DNA from: Candidatus Taenariivivens baikalensis
Lineage (GTDB): Bacteria; Omnitrophota; Omnitrophia; Omnitrophales; Aquincolibacteriaceae
Direction of reading: 5' to 3'
Length of the DNA stretch: 64,000 nt
NCBI GenBank assembly: GCA_009691445.1
Contig: SICL01000002.1
Location: 64,063 to 128,062, forward strand
A program made the position numbers and the translations under genes. Below are positions 1 to 10,466 of this stretch, piece after piece; position 1 is the first letter of the stretch; each line of letters opens with the position of its first letter. Below the pieces are notes generated by a model. It saw nothing but the letters and a program-made list of their open reading frames with translations, did no database searches and was not told where the DNA came from.

Positions 1-1117
1 GCATGGGTTGAAACGATGCTAAAAAAGGGAGTGCAAAAAAATTGAATAGATTCTTTGTGACCCCGATGGTTGCGAATTTCTGCTCGGCATAAAGCCCAGT
101 ACTTCCAAATTTATGGGTGAAGAGAGGATAGAGCGGACTTCCCGTCATAATCGTATTTCGGATAAACCAGTAGGAGGCCGTAAGAAATATTCCTACGCTG
201 TTAATCATGATCAAGGCGAAATTTTTTTTCCATTTTTTATAAAAAAGAGCATCGAGTCCGAGCCATAGATAAGAAGCCAGAATGAATTGAAGTGTCAGCC
301 ATTTGCATCCGATGGAAATCCCCAGAAGAATTCCTGAGAGGAAGCAATCCCGTAAGGAGGATTGGATTTTCCCGTTTATAAAAAAGTAGAAACCAAGAAA
401 CGTAAAAAGGGCAACTCCCCCATCAGAATAACTGATCGATGCCTGATTAAAAAGCGTTGGGGTCAGCCAGAAGATGGTGCTAAGGAATAATGCCGTTTCG
501 TAATGGGCTGTGTGTTTTTGAAAGACGCGAATCATGGCAATGATGAGAAAAAAAATCGTTGTCCAATGAAACAAAATAGCTGCGGGGATGGATTTGAAGA
601 AGAGTGGAAAAACAAAAAGCTCCTCCATAAAAAGCGAACGCCATGATTTTTCATCAAAAAAAAGCGGGAGGACGGAGTGGTTTTTAATGAACATCTTGGG
701 CAGATAGAGATGATACGCCAGTGAGTCATTTGCAATTTCAGGAGCAAAACAAGCAAGAAAAGAAATAAGCATGGTTACAGCGAAAACAATTCGTGTGTAG
801 GTACCAAATTTATTTGTGGGCGTAAGGAATACAGATTCAGCGATTTCTCCTAACCACTTTGGGAAACCTTGAAGAGATCTTAAACCCAATAAACTAAAGC
901 ACAAGATTCCGGCATAAGCACTCCATGAATAAAGACATCCAACCGTTCCAATGACGACAATCCACATCCCCCAAAGGCCAAGTCCAAAGGCGTAATAAAA
1001 AATTCCTTTAATCACCGGATCATCTTCTTTGATCCACCGGTTAAAAAGAGACCCTGACATATAAATCGCGGGGAGATAAAAAAGCCATAAGACAATAGCT
1101 TTGGCAATTTCAAGCAC
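1..1117 (-). CDS. GT-C-like polytopic membrane protein (partial, runs off left edge)
   Basis: Manual translation from GTG at 1117 (MLEIAKAIVLWLFYLP...PEIANDSLAYHLYLPK...); many hydrophobic segments and a DxLxYH loop; not in ORF track. Confidence 0.7.
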   Translation of the reverse strand, partial: MLEIAKAIVLWLFYLPAIYMSGSLFNRWIKEDDPVIKGIFYYAFGLGLWGMWIVVIGTVGCLYSWSAYAGILCFSLLGLRSLQGFPKWLGEIAESVFLTPTNKFGTYTRIVFAVTMLISFLACFAPEIANDSLAYHLYLPKMFIKNHSVLPLFFDEKSWRSLFMEELFVFPLFFKSIPAAILFHWTTIFFLIIAMIRVFQKHTAHYETALFLSTIFWLTPTLFNQASISYSDGGVALFTFLGFYFFINGKIQSSLRDCFLSGILLGISIGCKWLTLQFILASYLWLGLDALFYKKWKKNFALIMINSVGIFLTASYWFIRNTIMTGSPLYPLFTHKFGSTGLYAEQKFATIGVTKNLFNFFALPFLASFQPM

Positions 1118-3467
1118 GGGCTTTCTCCCAGTTTAAAAGTGACTCGAAAGGATGATAGGAGAATTGGATTTGGTATTGACCTGCTTTAGGTAAAAAAATC
1201 GACTGAAAAAGTCCGTAAGCGGTATAAAGTCTAATTTCTGCTCCATTGATTTTCGCCTTCCAGCCCGGATACATCATCTCTGGACGGACAAAGAAGACAG
1301 GTCCGCTGGTTTTAACCATCCACGTAGAGTTCTCATCATTTTCTTTGACAACTTCGATCGTCCCTTGAGCGATATCATTTTGAATTTGAAAAGGAATTAA
1401 TTTTGACTCAGACTCTTCCAGAAGAAGTTCTGTCTTAGGGGTAAAACCCGGGGCCATCAGTTTCTTCTGAAGTTCATCCCAAGACTGGACTAGCGTGACA
1501 TGGTTTACCAGGAAAGCTTTTTGAGAAGGCAGATTCAGTTGATAGAGATAGTTTTTATGCAGTTCATTCTTATCCAAAAGAATCAAAGAAGGATTATCCA
1601 GGGCTTGCGTACTCAGGATGTGCGTGACATCAAGTGCGTTGAGCAAGGAAAGATGGGCATAGACAAAAGCTGGATCAGGCGAGGTGGCTATATTGGAATC
1701 ATTCACATCGCCCAAAAGCCCGATTGAATTATAATATCTTTTCATCACCAGCGGAGAATAAGCCCCGATCTCTGAAATATCTAGCAGGATATTGGAGCTT
1801 GGGATAACAGGAAGTGCTTCAAAGAGCTTCCGGTAGCTATAAAGTTTCCCGACTTTGCCTTCTTTATTTTCCCGAATAAGGCGTTGTGTGACTGAATTAA
1901 AAACCAAGTAAGCTTTTTGATAGGTCGAGAAGTCCTGTTTCACATCTATCCAGGCGAATGAATAGAGGTCACCGAAGAGAAAAAGAAATCCAAAAACAAG
2001 CAGGCGTTTGCTCCAATAAGGTTTTCGGTAAAAATACCAGGAAGAGAGAAATCCAAAAAAAAGGAGGGCAAGGGTTACCTGATTTTCCCTGTCATGGGGG
2101 TTGTAAAGATGAGCAAAGGATTGGAGCTGTTCTGGGATTCTGGCCAGATAGTCATTTAAGGAATGTTCATGTCCAGCCTTTCCGTAGATAAATGTCCGAA
2201 TATACCAATTCCCCCATTCTGCGAGATGATCCCCACCCCACCGCAGCAAGAGCCAGAAGCTTAAAGCAACTGCAAAAAAACCGAGGAAAGAAAAAAAATA
2301 AACCTTCGCCTCAGCTTGGAAACTGTTCTTCCCTTCCGCGAGACGAAGGAGAATTTTTTCTAGACCAATGCCGGCAAGAATTGAAAATCCAAAACAGATA
2401 AAGCCCAGAAACTTTGCGGGGAATCGAAACGAGTAAAAATGAGTCACCTTAATGAGAGCCGCGTAAAGAGGGCTCCATCGACCTAGGGCAAGCAGTGCTG
2501 CTAAAATGGTCAGGGTGACCCATAAGCGCCTGAGCTTTGAAGATTCTTTAGCCGGATTCACAAGGCTGGTGATGATCAAAAGAAGCGTGAACAGTCCGCA
2601 GTAAAGATTATTACCGCGAAAAATATATTGAGCGGTAGGAATAAAGAATGAAACCCAAGCTAAGGGGGATAAAGATCCAATATAGGCGTAATCTTCCGTG
2701 AGTCCAAGACGATTAGATTGGAGGGAAAGCTGATACGTTAAATAAATTTGGGGAAACATGAGCACACCTGCGATGACCATGGATAGAGCTAACTGAAGAA
2801 AAACTTTCGGCAATGGAATGTCGGGATCTCTGATCCATGTAATCCGATTGAAAACATAAAACAAAAAAATGAGCCAGGTGTATGCCGCCATTTGGAGATA
2901 GCCTGCAACAAAGGACAGGGCGATGGAGATCCCGAGCCCTAGAGCAGCTTTCCAGGATCGTTCCTGGTAGATTCGCTCAAAGAGATAAAGGCCCAAGGGA
3001 AACCAAGCAATCGTTTTTAGGGAAGTCATATTGTAATAGGCTCCTCCAAAAGCGGCTCCGAAGACAAAAATAACCGAGCTTAAAATCGAGCCCGCTTGCG
3101 AAAGCTTCATTTTTCTGCAGTAAAGGTAAGTTCCCCATCCGGCAAACCAGAAATGAATAAGATTCATCCATGAATAGGCCCATTTAAATGGGAGAAAAAA
3201 ATAAAGAATTAAATGCGGAAGATAAAAAATAGCGATCTGGCTTTCAGCGGCAATAGGAAATCCACAATGAATTCGGCTCGTCCAGAATGGCAATTTCCAC
3301 TGTTTCAGAGACTGGCTCAAAAGAGACGCCCAGGGATAATGCTGTTCCCAGTGATCTCCTGTCAAAGGGGCAGCCTTCGCCAGAAACAAAGAGGGATAAA
3401 AAACAAAAAGAAGGGCGATAAAAAAAAGATGAAAAAAAATATGATTCTTTAATGCGGAATTTTTCAT
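1110..3467 (-). CDS. YfhO-family membrane protein (GT-C-like)
   Basis: 785 aa; N-terminal GD..YP..LPFW...GFP motif, FRFPAKF, C-terminal YPGWKAKING typical of YfhO. Confidence 0.8.
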   Translation of the reverse strand: MKNSALKNHIFFHLFFIALLFVFYPSLFLAKAAPLTGDHWEQHYPWASLLSQSLKQWKLPFWTSRIHCGFPIAAESQIAIFYLPHLILYFFLPFKWAYSWMNLIHFWFAGWGTYLYCRKMKLSQAGSILSSVIFVFGAAFGGAYYNMTSLKTIAWFPLGLYLFERIYQERSWKAALGLGISIALSFVAGYLQMAAYTWLIFLFYVFNRITWIRDPDIPLPKVFLQLALSMVIAGVLMFPQIYLTYQLSLQSNRLGLTEDYAYIGSLSPLAWVSFFIPTAQYIFRGNNLYCGLFTLLLIITSLVNPAKESSKLRRLWVTLTILAALLALGRWSPLYAALIKVTHFYSFRFPAKFLGFICFGFSILAGIGLEKILLRLAEGKNSFQAEAKVYFFSFLGFFAVALSFWLLLRWGGDHLAEWGNWYIRTFIYGKAGHEHSLNDYLARIPEQLQSFAHLYNPHDRENQVTLALLFFGFLSSWYFYRKPYWSKRLLVFGFLFLFGDLYSFAWIDVKQDFSTYQKAYLVFNSVTQRLIRENKEGKVGKLYSYRKLFEALPVIPSSNILLDISEIGAYSPLVMKRYYNSIGLLGDVNDSNIATSPDPAFVYAHLSLLNALDVTHILSTQALDNPSLILLDKNELHKNYLYQLNLPSQKAFLVNHVTLVQSWDELQKKLMAPGFTPKTELLLEESESKLIPFQIQNDIAQGTIEVVKENDENSTWMVKTSGPVFFVRPEMMYPGWKAKINGAEIRLYTAYGLFQSIFLPKAGQYQIQFSYHPFESLLNWEKARA

Positions 3468-3606
3468 AGAAAATGCTTATGCGTCAGACGATTCAAAGAC
3501 ATGCTGAATTTCCCTCATTTTATGATGTAACCCGAGGATACACAAATACTTCCTTTGATGTGAGGACGCGGTTGACAACCCGAAGGCTTTCCAATATTCT
3601 GGAGAC

Positions 3607-4404
3607 ATGGCTGACCATCCTTTTATCAGTTTCATCGTCCCGGTCTACAATGAAGAGCTTAATATCGCTCATATGCTTCACAATCTTCATGGGGTGCTTG
3701 CTCAATATCCTCAGTGGAATTCCGAGGTAATTGTGGTTGAGGACGGCAGCCGAGATGGCACCCGTCAGGTTATTTGTCAGGAAATTAAAAAATATCCGCA
3801 GACTCAGCTAATTCTTCATGAAGAAAACAAAGGTTATACCGCTTCGCTCAAGGATGGAATCCAAAAGTCCCGGGGACGTTATTTGATGTACATTGGTGCG
3901 GATGAAGAGTTTGACAGTACGGAGCTCCCTCAATTTATGGACATTTTGATCAAGGATGAGGCGGATGTCGTTTTGGGAGTCAGGTGGCAGAGAAATGCGT
4001 ACACCCTTTTTCGATTTTTTTTGTCCATGGTTTATATTTTCTTTCTGAATTATATTTTTAAACTGCGCGTCAATGATTACAATTGGTCACAAATCTGGAG
4101 CCGAAAACTTTTTGAGCGGATCGAACTTAAATCAAAATCCCTTTTTGTTTTGCCTGAAATTATCATTAAGGCTTACGACCTAAAACTGAAAGTGAAGGAA
4201 GTCCCATCGAATCACCGTGGACGGCGAGCAGGAAAATCGTCACTCAATATGAAGATCATGGGTCTTGCGGTGTGGGAGGCGCTTAGTTTTTGGCAGCACA
4301 GAAATTCAAGTCGCTATCAACCGGACGAGACGGCGCATCAGCCGTTCTTGACGCCTCGTGCGTCGGATTCCAACCCCGCCGTGTCTCATTCCAGTTTTCA
4401 GTAA
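3607..4404 (+). CDS. GT2 glycosyltransferase (DPM/DPG synthase-like)
   Basis: IVPVYNEE, VEDGSRDGT, NKGY motifs. Confidence 0.85.
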   Translation: MADHPFISFIVPVYNEELNIAHMLHNLHGVLAQYPQWNSEVIVVEDGSRDGTRQVICQEIKKYPQTQLILHEENKGYTASLKDGIQKSRGRYLMYIGADEEFDSTELPQFMDILIKDEADVVLGVRWQRNAYTLFRFFLSMVYIFFLNYIFKLRVNDYNWSQIWSRKLFERIELKSKSLFVLPEIIIKAYDLKLKVKEVPSNHRGRRAGKSSLNMKIMGLAVWEALSFWQHRNSSRYQPDETAHQPFLTPRASDSNPAVSHSSFQ

Positions 4405-4447
4405 ACCCATCGGCCATCCGTTTCCGAGTCCCGTTAATGCCCAGGAA

Positions 4448-5194
4448 TCAGAAGGCCGTTTTTTTTCGACGGTATGCTCGACGAATTTCGGAGCGCTGAA
4501 GCAGCTGCCTCATGACAAAACAGACAGATTCCCAAATGACCTTTTTTGAAATTTTAGAACTTCCTTTTGTCCGATCGCTAAAACAGATTGGGATTTCGTA
4601 AAAAGAAGCGTCCTCAAGAATCGCGAGACTTTTAAGTTCGATTAAAAAGGCATACCCTTCGGTATGGATGGGATGCTTTAAGATTCTTCGCAGCAAATCC
4701 ATCCGGAAACAATGAAAACCGCTGGTGAGATCATAAAAAGGAAGCCCCGTAATCATACGCGCATATCCATTCGCGAAGCGGCTCATTAAAAGCCGTCGGA
4801 AAGGCCAGTTTTCCAATCGACCTCCGTGGATATAGCGAGATCCGATCACCAGATCATAGTCTTGTGCATGATGCAGCAAAGTCTTGATATATCTTGGATG
4901 ATGAGAAAAATCCGCATCCATGGTAATGACAAGATCATGTTGATTTTTTTTAAGGACCCATTGCATGGCTTCTAAATAGGCGCGGCCCAGACCGAGTTTG
5001 GAAGTTTGTTCATAGATAAAAAGACGGGGATCCTGCCGCTGAAGTTCCCGGACACGATCCGCTGTTTTATCCGGCGAAGCACTGTCCACGACAAGAATAT
5101 CAACGTCTTGCGGATGCTCGCGGCGAATTGCTTGATGAATGTCCGCGATATTTTCTCTCTCATTGTAAGTTGGGATGATCAGAATAGGTTTCAT
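4448..5194 (-). CDS. Polyprenol-monophosphomannose synthase-like GT2
   Basis: IPTYNERENI, SPDKT, KLGLGRAY, MDADFSH, GSRY, DLTSGF. Confidence 0.88.
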   Translation of the reverse strand: MKPILIIPTYNERENIADIHQAIRREHPQDVDILVVDSASPDKTADRVRELQRQDPRLFIYEQTSKLGLGRAYLEAMQWVLKKNQHDLVITMDADFSHHPRYIKTLLHHAQDYDLVIGSRYIHGGRLENWPFRRLLMSRFANGYARMITGLPFYDLTSGFHCFRMDLLRRILKHPIHTEGYAFLIELKSLAILEDASFYEIPICFSDRTKGSSKISKKVIWESVCFVMRQLLQRSEIRRAYRRKKTAF

Positions 5195-6117
5195 AAAACA
5201 ATAATCTTTTCAGATGGTTTTTGACCAATCATGATAAGACGGTTCTCAAGGTGAATTAATTTTCCGATGTTAAGAATGCCGGAAGCGGCCAGTTTTTCAA
5301 TCGCGGTAAAATGATAGCGCTCCAAATCAGTGCTTGAAAAGAACTGTTTTTTGATGATAAATCCGCACTTCTGAAGCAATGCACTCAGTGTTTGACGGGT
5401 GTAGTAAACGGTATGTTCCATCAAATAAGTTTTCTCGATACCTCCTCGAATCAGACCAAAGCTCATTCGAAATAGACTTTCAGAAAGTAGACGTAGAAAG
5501 CTTAAGTCATTGGGAACAGCGATTAAAAAAAATCCTTCAGCACTCAGGTAAGAATAAATTTTTTCAAGAAAAGCCATTGGCTGATAAAAATGCTCAAGGA
5601 CATCCATTGCCACCACGACATCATAGCCGTTGGTTAAGGACGATTGACAGCTCATGAAGTCGCCCTGTTGCAGCTCCAAACCAAAGCGATGGCGAGCCAC
5701 GGAGCGATTGCGATGGCTTGAATCGATCCCGGCAACTTGCCAGCCCTTTTTTTGCGCCGCGGCCAAAAATAATCCGTTCCCATATCCGACCTCAAAGAAG
5801 GTACGAGTTTTCTTTTGTGAAGAACTCATTTCATCCAGACAGCTCAAAAAAACCTGATAATCCCTCATGGTTTTCGAGGGCTTCGTCAGGTCGCCATAGT
5901 CATAATAGGTCTGATAAAAAGCGTGAGACTTGAAGAGTTGCTCGGGTGATTCATAAAAGTCCGACATATCCTTTTGGGACATGCAGGGATCGAGATAGCG
6001 CAGACCGCATGGCTGGCAGGAGTAGACGAAAGATTGATGAACCGGAAACAAGAGTCTTCTCTGATTCGACCCGCAAACTGGGCACTGATGTAATAAAAGA
6101 TGCTGGGAGTTAGTCAT
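5191..6117 (-). CDS. Class I SAM-dependent methyltransferase with N-terminal CxxC-CxxC
   Basis: CPVC...CQPC, EVGYGNG, DVLEH; start trimmed to ATG 6117, which overlaps the upstream stop. Confidence 0.85.
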   Translation of the reverse strand: MTNSQHLLLHQCPVCGSNQRRLLFPVHQSFVYSCQPCGLRYLDPCMSQKDMSDFYESPEQLFKSHAFYQTYYDYGDLTKPSKTMRDYQVFLSCLDEMSSSQKKTRTFFEVGYGNGLFLAAAQKKGWQVAGIDSSHRNRSVARHRFGLELQQGDFMSCQSSLTNGYDVVVAMDVLEHFYQPMAFLEKIYSYLSAEGFFLIAVPNDLSFLRLLSESLFRMSFGLIRGGIEKTYLMEHTVYYTRQTLSALLQKCGFIIKKQFFSSTDLERYHFTAIEKLAASGILNIGKLIHLENRLIMIGQKPSEKIIVL

Positions 6118-6874
6118 AATGCTTGTGAATAATATTTTGAAAAATCCTACTCTTGAGAATCCCCCATCGGGTAAGACGATATTGTAAGGCGGTACGAAGC
6201 ACTCCAAAGGCATAGAAAAAAGAATCTTTGAAATTGATCGAAGAAGAATCAGGAGAATAGTAAGTTGGACACGATATTTCTCCGACTTTAAATCCAGCAT
6301 AAAAAACCTGGGCAAGAAGCTGATTGTCAAAGACAAAACCATTGGAATTATTCATAAAGGGGATACTTTCCAAAACTTTTCTTGAATAGGCACGATAGCC
6401 TGTGTGGTATTCAGAAAGGTGCTGCCAAAGAATAATATTTTCTACAAATGTCAGTAAACGATTGATGATCAATTTATGCAGAGGCATCCCCCCTTTTAGA
6501 GTACTGTTGCCCAGGACACGGCTTCCCAAAGTGACGTCATAGACTTTATGCGCAATAAGCCAGGATAACGGGACGAGCAATTTAGGGGTGTATTGATAAT
6601 CAGGATGCAGCATGATGATGATATCCGCATTTTTTTTTAGAGCTTCCTGATAACAGCTTTTTTGATTTCCGCCATATCCGAGATTTTTGGGGTGACGGAT
6701 AATATTTTTGATACCCAATTTTTCAGCAATCTCAACTGTATGATCCTTGCTTGCGTCATCGACCAGAATAACCTCATCGACAAGATCAAGTGGGATTTCA
6801 CGGTAGGTCCGTTCTAAGGTTTTTGCCGCATTGTAGGCGGGAAGCACCACGATGATTTTCATGTCCTGAATCAT
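6110..6874 (-). CDS. GT2 glycosyltransferase
   Basis: VLPAYNA, VDDAS.D, NLGYGGNQK, HPDYQY, EYHTGYRAY. Confidence 0.9.
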   Translation of the reverse strand: MIQDMKIIVVLPAYNAAKTLERTYREIPLDLVDEVILVDDASKDHTVEIAEKLGIKNIIRHPKNLGYGGNQKSCYQEALKKNADIIIMLHPDYQYTPKLLVPLSWLIAHKVYDVTLGSRVLGNSTLKGGMPLHKLIINRLLTFVENIILWQHLSEYHTGYRAYSRKVLESIPFMNNSNGFVFDNQLLAQVFYAGFKVGEISCPTYYSPDSSSINFKDSFFYAFGVLRTALQYRLTRWGILKSRIFQNIIHKHYD

Positions 6875-6913
6875 TTTAATTTATCTTTTTCTGAACCCTT
6901 GCGAAGGGTTATT

Positions 6914-8557
6914 TTAATAAGGCTTTAAGAAAAAATACGACGTAAATCGCGAATAATATTGGAGCAATCGCTTACAAATCCCATTGATGATGCGGAGGTA
7001 AGGAGTTTTGATCATACGTTGCAGTTTCGTCCGTATAAGTTGATCAAGCTGGGTTTCTTCATTGCCTGAAATGATACTTTTTAAAAATAAGATAAATCGA
7101 TACGGGTGGGTCAAATAGGCGGTTAAATAAAAAGAGAACAGTAAGAGAAATTGTAAGCGAATAAGCTCAGGGGTGCTCATGATGGAGTTATAGGTGCGTG
7201 TACGCCACCCTGATCGCGCAAGAGCCAAATAATAATATTCTGAATTAAATGTTATTTTCCCATCGGCCATAAGTTCCTTAAAATCGTCACTGCCTGGATA
7301 CGGCGCAAAGATCATCACAGCCGCATCTTGAACTCCGACGAATGCGCAGGTCATCATAAAGAGAAAATGATGCCACCCATCCGATCGTTCTTCTTTCGGA
7401 TGACCGATGATAATATTAATTCGCGTCACAACCGACGCTTTTTTTGCAGCTTTTAAAGATTGAATCATATGCGAAAGACTCACCTTTTTTTTGATAATTT
7501 TCAGCATTCGATTGGACCCGCTTTCAGGAGCGTAGGTAATATTCCGACAGCCTGTTTCGTAAACTAATTTCAACACCTCTTCATCAAGCGCCTCGGAGCG
7601 GGTGCCGGTCGGGAGTTGCCATGTAATATCAAGATTCTCACGTTTCAGGATTTTACAAAACCGCATGATCCATCCCTTTTCAATAATTGCGGTCAAATCG
7701 CAAAAATTCACATTGTTGATTTTATAGCGTGAAACATAATTTTTCATTTCTGCGACCACGTCCTCAGGCTCTCGAACGACATAACGCGTGGTCCACATTT
7801 GAGGAGAAGAACAAAACGTGCATTGAAAGGGACATCCCCGGGTTGCCAGCATCGGAATGGATCGGCCGCGATGAACGCCGTGATGGTCAGACGTCTGCAT
7901 ATAGTTTTCCACCGGGAAATAATCCCACGCAGGCCAGGGAAGGTTCGCGAGTTGAAGTTGTCTTTTAGGGGGGGCAGGAGGATTATGATCATGATGATGC
8001 ATCCGCGTCGCAACACCGTTAATTTCTAGTAAGGAACCGCCATTGATGATTTGATCCACTAATTTGACAATGGTTGACTCACCCTCCCCCAGAATGCAGT
8101 AATCCACAGCGTTTGTTTCTTTGTATATCCATGGCCAAAATGCAGTCGCATTCTCACCGCCCAAAATGATTTTTATTTTGGGGTACAAGGAGCGTACTTG
8201 CTCCGCGATGGCCTTCACCGTGGGCCACTCATGCAGAAACATATGAGTAATACCTATCAGATCCGTATCAGAAGGGATTTTCTGAACGATTTCTTCAACG
8301 GAAAGGCCATTTAATGTTAAAGCTCCAACCGGGCTTTTAACATGAGTGAACTGCGAGATAGCTTCGCCAGGAGCGTCGATAACTTTTATTTGATGTCCGG
8401 CATCATGCAAGACAGCAGCGATATAAGCTAATCCGATGGGTAATATAGCGCCATAAGAGCTAAGGTTGGCTGTTAGTTCAAGAACCGGAGGGCGAATTAA
8501 TACAATTTTTGCTATTTTTTTTATTGTGCCGGTTAGTGTGTCTTGAAGTTCCATCAT
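6914..8557 (-). CDS. Cobalamin-binding radical SAM protein (class B methyltransferase-like)
   Basis: PIGLAYIAAVL B12 domain, GEGE, TRGCPFQCTFC cluster motif. Confidence 0.9.
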   Translation of the reverse strand: MMELQDTLTGTIKKIAKIVLIRPPVLELTANLSSYGAILPIGLAYIAAVLHDAGHQIKVIDAPGEAISQFTHVKSPVGALTLNGLSVEEIVQKIPSDTDLIGITHMFLHEWPTVKAIAEQVRSLYPKIKIILGGENATAFWPWIYKETNAVDYCILGEGESTIVKLVDQIINGGSLLEINGVATRMHHHDHNPPAPPKRQLQLANLPWPAWDYFPVENYMQTSDHHGVHRGRSIPMLATRGCPFQCTFCSSPQMWTTRYVVREPEDVVAEMKNYVSRYKINNVNFCDLTAIIEKGWIMRFCKILKRENLDITWQLPTGTRSEALDEEVLKLVYETGCRNITYAPESGSNRMLKIIKKKVSLSHMIQSLKAAKKASVVTRINIIIGHPKEERSDGWHHFLFMMTCAFVGVQDAAVMIFAPYPGSDDFKELMADGKITFNSEYYYLALARSGWRTRTYNSIMSTPELIRLQFLLLFSFYLTAYLTHPYRFILFLKSIISGNEETQLDQLIRTKLQRMIKTPYLRIINGICKRLLQYYSRFTSYFFLKPY

Positions 8558-8681
8558 GGACGCAAGGAGATTTTTTTAAACTTGAATGATACGATCGCTT
8601 TACCTTTTCCCTTTAATTATAGGCTACACAATCGACTGAGTGATAGATCTTTCTTCACCCGCTTCTCGGGTGGAGTTTAAG

Positions 8682-10424
8682 TTACATGTTCGTCAGGCGA
8701 TAAATTTTCAAGGAATAGCCATTTCGTTCTCTCCTTTGCAGATCTCCCCATGAAAATGGTCCACCGGTCAGAATATGAGGATCGACGGGAGCGAGAATCG
8801 AAGACTTTTGGTAAGGACTAAATTCAGCAACCAAGGAAGCTTGCTTTACGAATTGATCATAAAAGGTTTGCGGAGGGTTGGCACCGGCCGGATAAAGATT
8901 GATCATGACCACGTATTGAATCTGATGCTCATGAAGTGCGGTGATGGAAAAGGGCATAAAAGGGCCGGAAAAAGAAAATTTTTCATCTTGTTCAGGATGG
9001 GACGTTAAAAAATAAAGTTCGTAGTAGGGGGTATTATTTTTCTCCAACTCTCCCAGGTAATATTTTAATTTTCGCAATCGGGGTGATGATTCCCCGTCTG
9101 ATTTTTGGATGTCCGCTATCTTTTTTTTAAGTTGACTCGGCGAATGGTATAAACGCGGCCCAAAAAAATTCTGACTGATCGCAACGGACGCTCCAACAGG
9201 GATATTTTTTTTAATCCAGTCCGCCGCCTGAGTTCTTGTGTCGGTGGAACTCATGATTTTGTCGAAACGCACACATTGAACCAGGTTGCTCATTGCGGAA
9301 AGGCTCACGATGAAGAGAAGGCTAAAGACCGGCTTGCGAAACTTTGCGCAGAAGTCGACAAGGCCATCGGCGGTGAGGATTAAAAGACTGGGTAGCAACG
9401 GTAGAACATAGCGCTCAAAACTTTGCCCTCCACGAATCAGAATGATGTAATAAGCGAGAGTGAAAAAGGCCAAGGATAGCACCTTCAGATTCTTCTTAAA
9501 AAAAGAAAAAAGCCATGCGCCTGTCGCAAGGATCCAAAGAGGGGTACCTAGCCCTTCTTGAAGTGAATAAAAATAATGATGAGCCCAGGGAGTGCCTCCC
9601 TGATGAGCAAGCGATTCCTGATAAACTTCCCTCATAAAAAAACGAAAATCAAGCAAGGAGAAAGGATTCAAGACAAAATAGAAGAGGACTAACCCGAAAA
9701 ACATCAAACTCCAATTCCTTAATATTTTAGAATACGCTTTGGTTAAGGGAATTGAAATTAAAAGATAAGGAAGAATAATCGCCCCTCCATTATATTTAAA
9801 CGCACAGCAGATTCCAGCTGATGCTCCAAACATGAAATGAAGCGATAGTTTTTGCGGTTGGTCAACAATCTGCCAAAGTCTACTCCAGGCAAAGGCGAGT
9901 GCAAGGAGTAAAAACATATCGCAGTAGATGTAATGAGAATCGCGGACATGAAGAAAACAGACGGCCATAAGGAGTGCACTCACCAAAGCTTTCTTTTCGG
10001 AGAAATGCTTCCGTACGGTTTGGTAGATAAGATAAACCGTGAGAGTGCCTGGGATGACTCCTAAAAAAAATCGTCCAAGAAGGTAGAAGGGGGCTGGATG
10101 GTCATAGAAAAAGTATTCATATTGTAAAATCGAAGGAAAAAAACCAAATACTTTTCCGGCAATAAAATATAATCCATAAACGGTAAATAGAAGATAACTG
10201 GCAAGCGGCGGGACTCGAAAAAAATGCGGATTAAAATCTCGGGTTCCGTATGCCAGGGAATGATTCACAATGATGGGTTCATCGGCGTGGTAAAGATAAG
10301 GAAGTCCAAAATGAATGCCCCACAGCCGGAGAGCCAAAGCGAGTAAAAGAATGAGGCCTATAACAAAAGAGCTATTGCGAAGTAGCGAATCAAATGAAAA
10401 ATGGCGAATAGGATTTGGCATCAA
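8682..10424 (-). CDS. GT39/ArnT-like GT-C glycosyltransferase
   Basis: LRLWGIHFGLP..HADE, NPHFF..PP, KY motif, multiple TM helices. Confidence 0.82.
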   Translation of the reverse strand: MMPNPIRHFSFDSLLRNSSFVIGLILLLALALRLWGIHFGLPYLYHADEPIIVNHSLAYGTRDFNPHFFRVPPLASYLLFTVYGLYFIAGKVFGFFPSILQYEYFFYDHPAPFYLLGRFFLGVIPGTLTVYLIYQTVRKHFSEKKALVSALLMAVCFLHVRDSHYIYCDMFLLLALAFAWSRLWQIVDQPQKLSLHFMFGASAGICCAFKYNGGAIILPYLLISIPLTKAYSKILRNWSLMFFGLVLFYFVLNPFSLLDFRFFMREVYQESLAHQGGTPWAHHYFYSLQEGLGTPLWILATGAWLFSFFKKNLKVLSLAFFTLAYYIILIRGGQSFERYVLPLLPSLLILTADGLVDFCAKFRKPVFSLLFIVSLSAMSNLVQCVRFDKIMSSTDTRTQAADWIKKNIPVGASVAISQNFFGPRLYHSPSQLKKKIADIQKSDGESSPRLRKLKYYLGELEKNNTPYYELYFLTSHPEQDEKFSFSGPFMPFSITALHEHQIQYVVMINLYPAGANPPQTFYDQFVKQASLVAEFSPYQKSSILAPVDPHILTGGPFSWGDLQRRERNGYSLKIYRLTNM

Positions 10425-10466
10425 AAGTCACTTATTTTGTAGATTAATCTAAAAACCTTTTTCAGG

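Noticed and set aside
6894-6910. AACCCTTGCGAAGGGTT hairpin as a member of the repeat families
   Set aside because: Single short copy with no similarity to the others; probably a local terminator or processing hairpin
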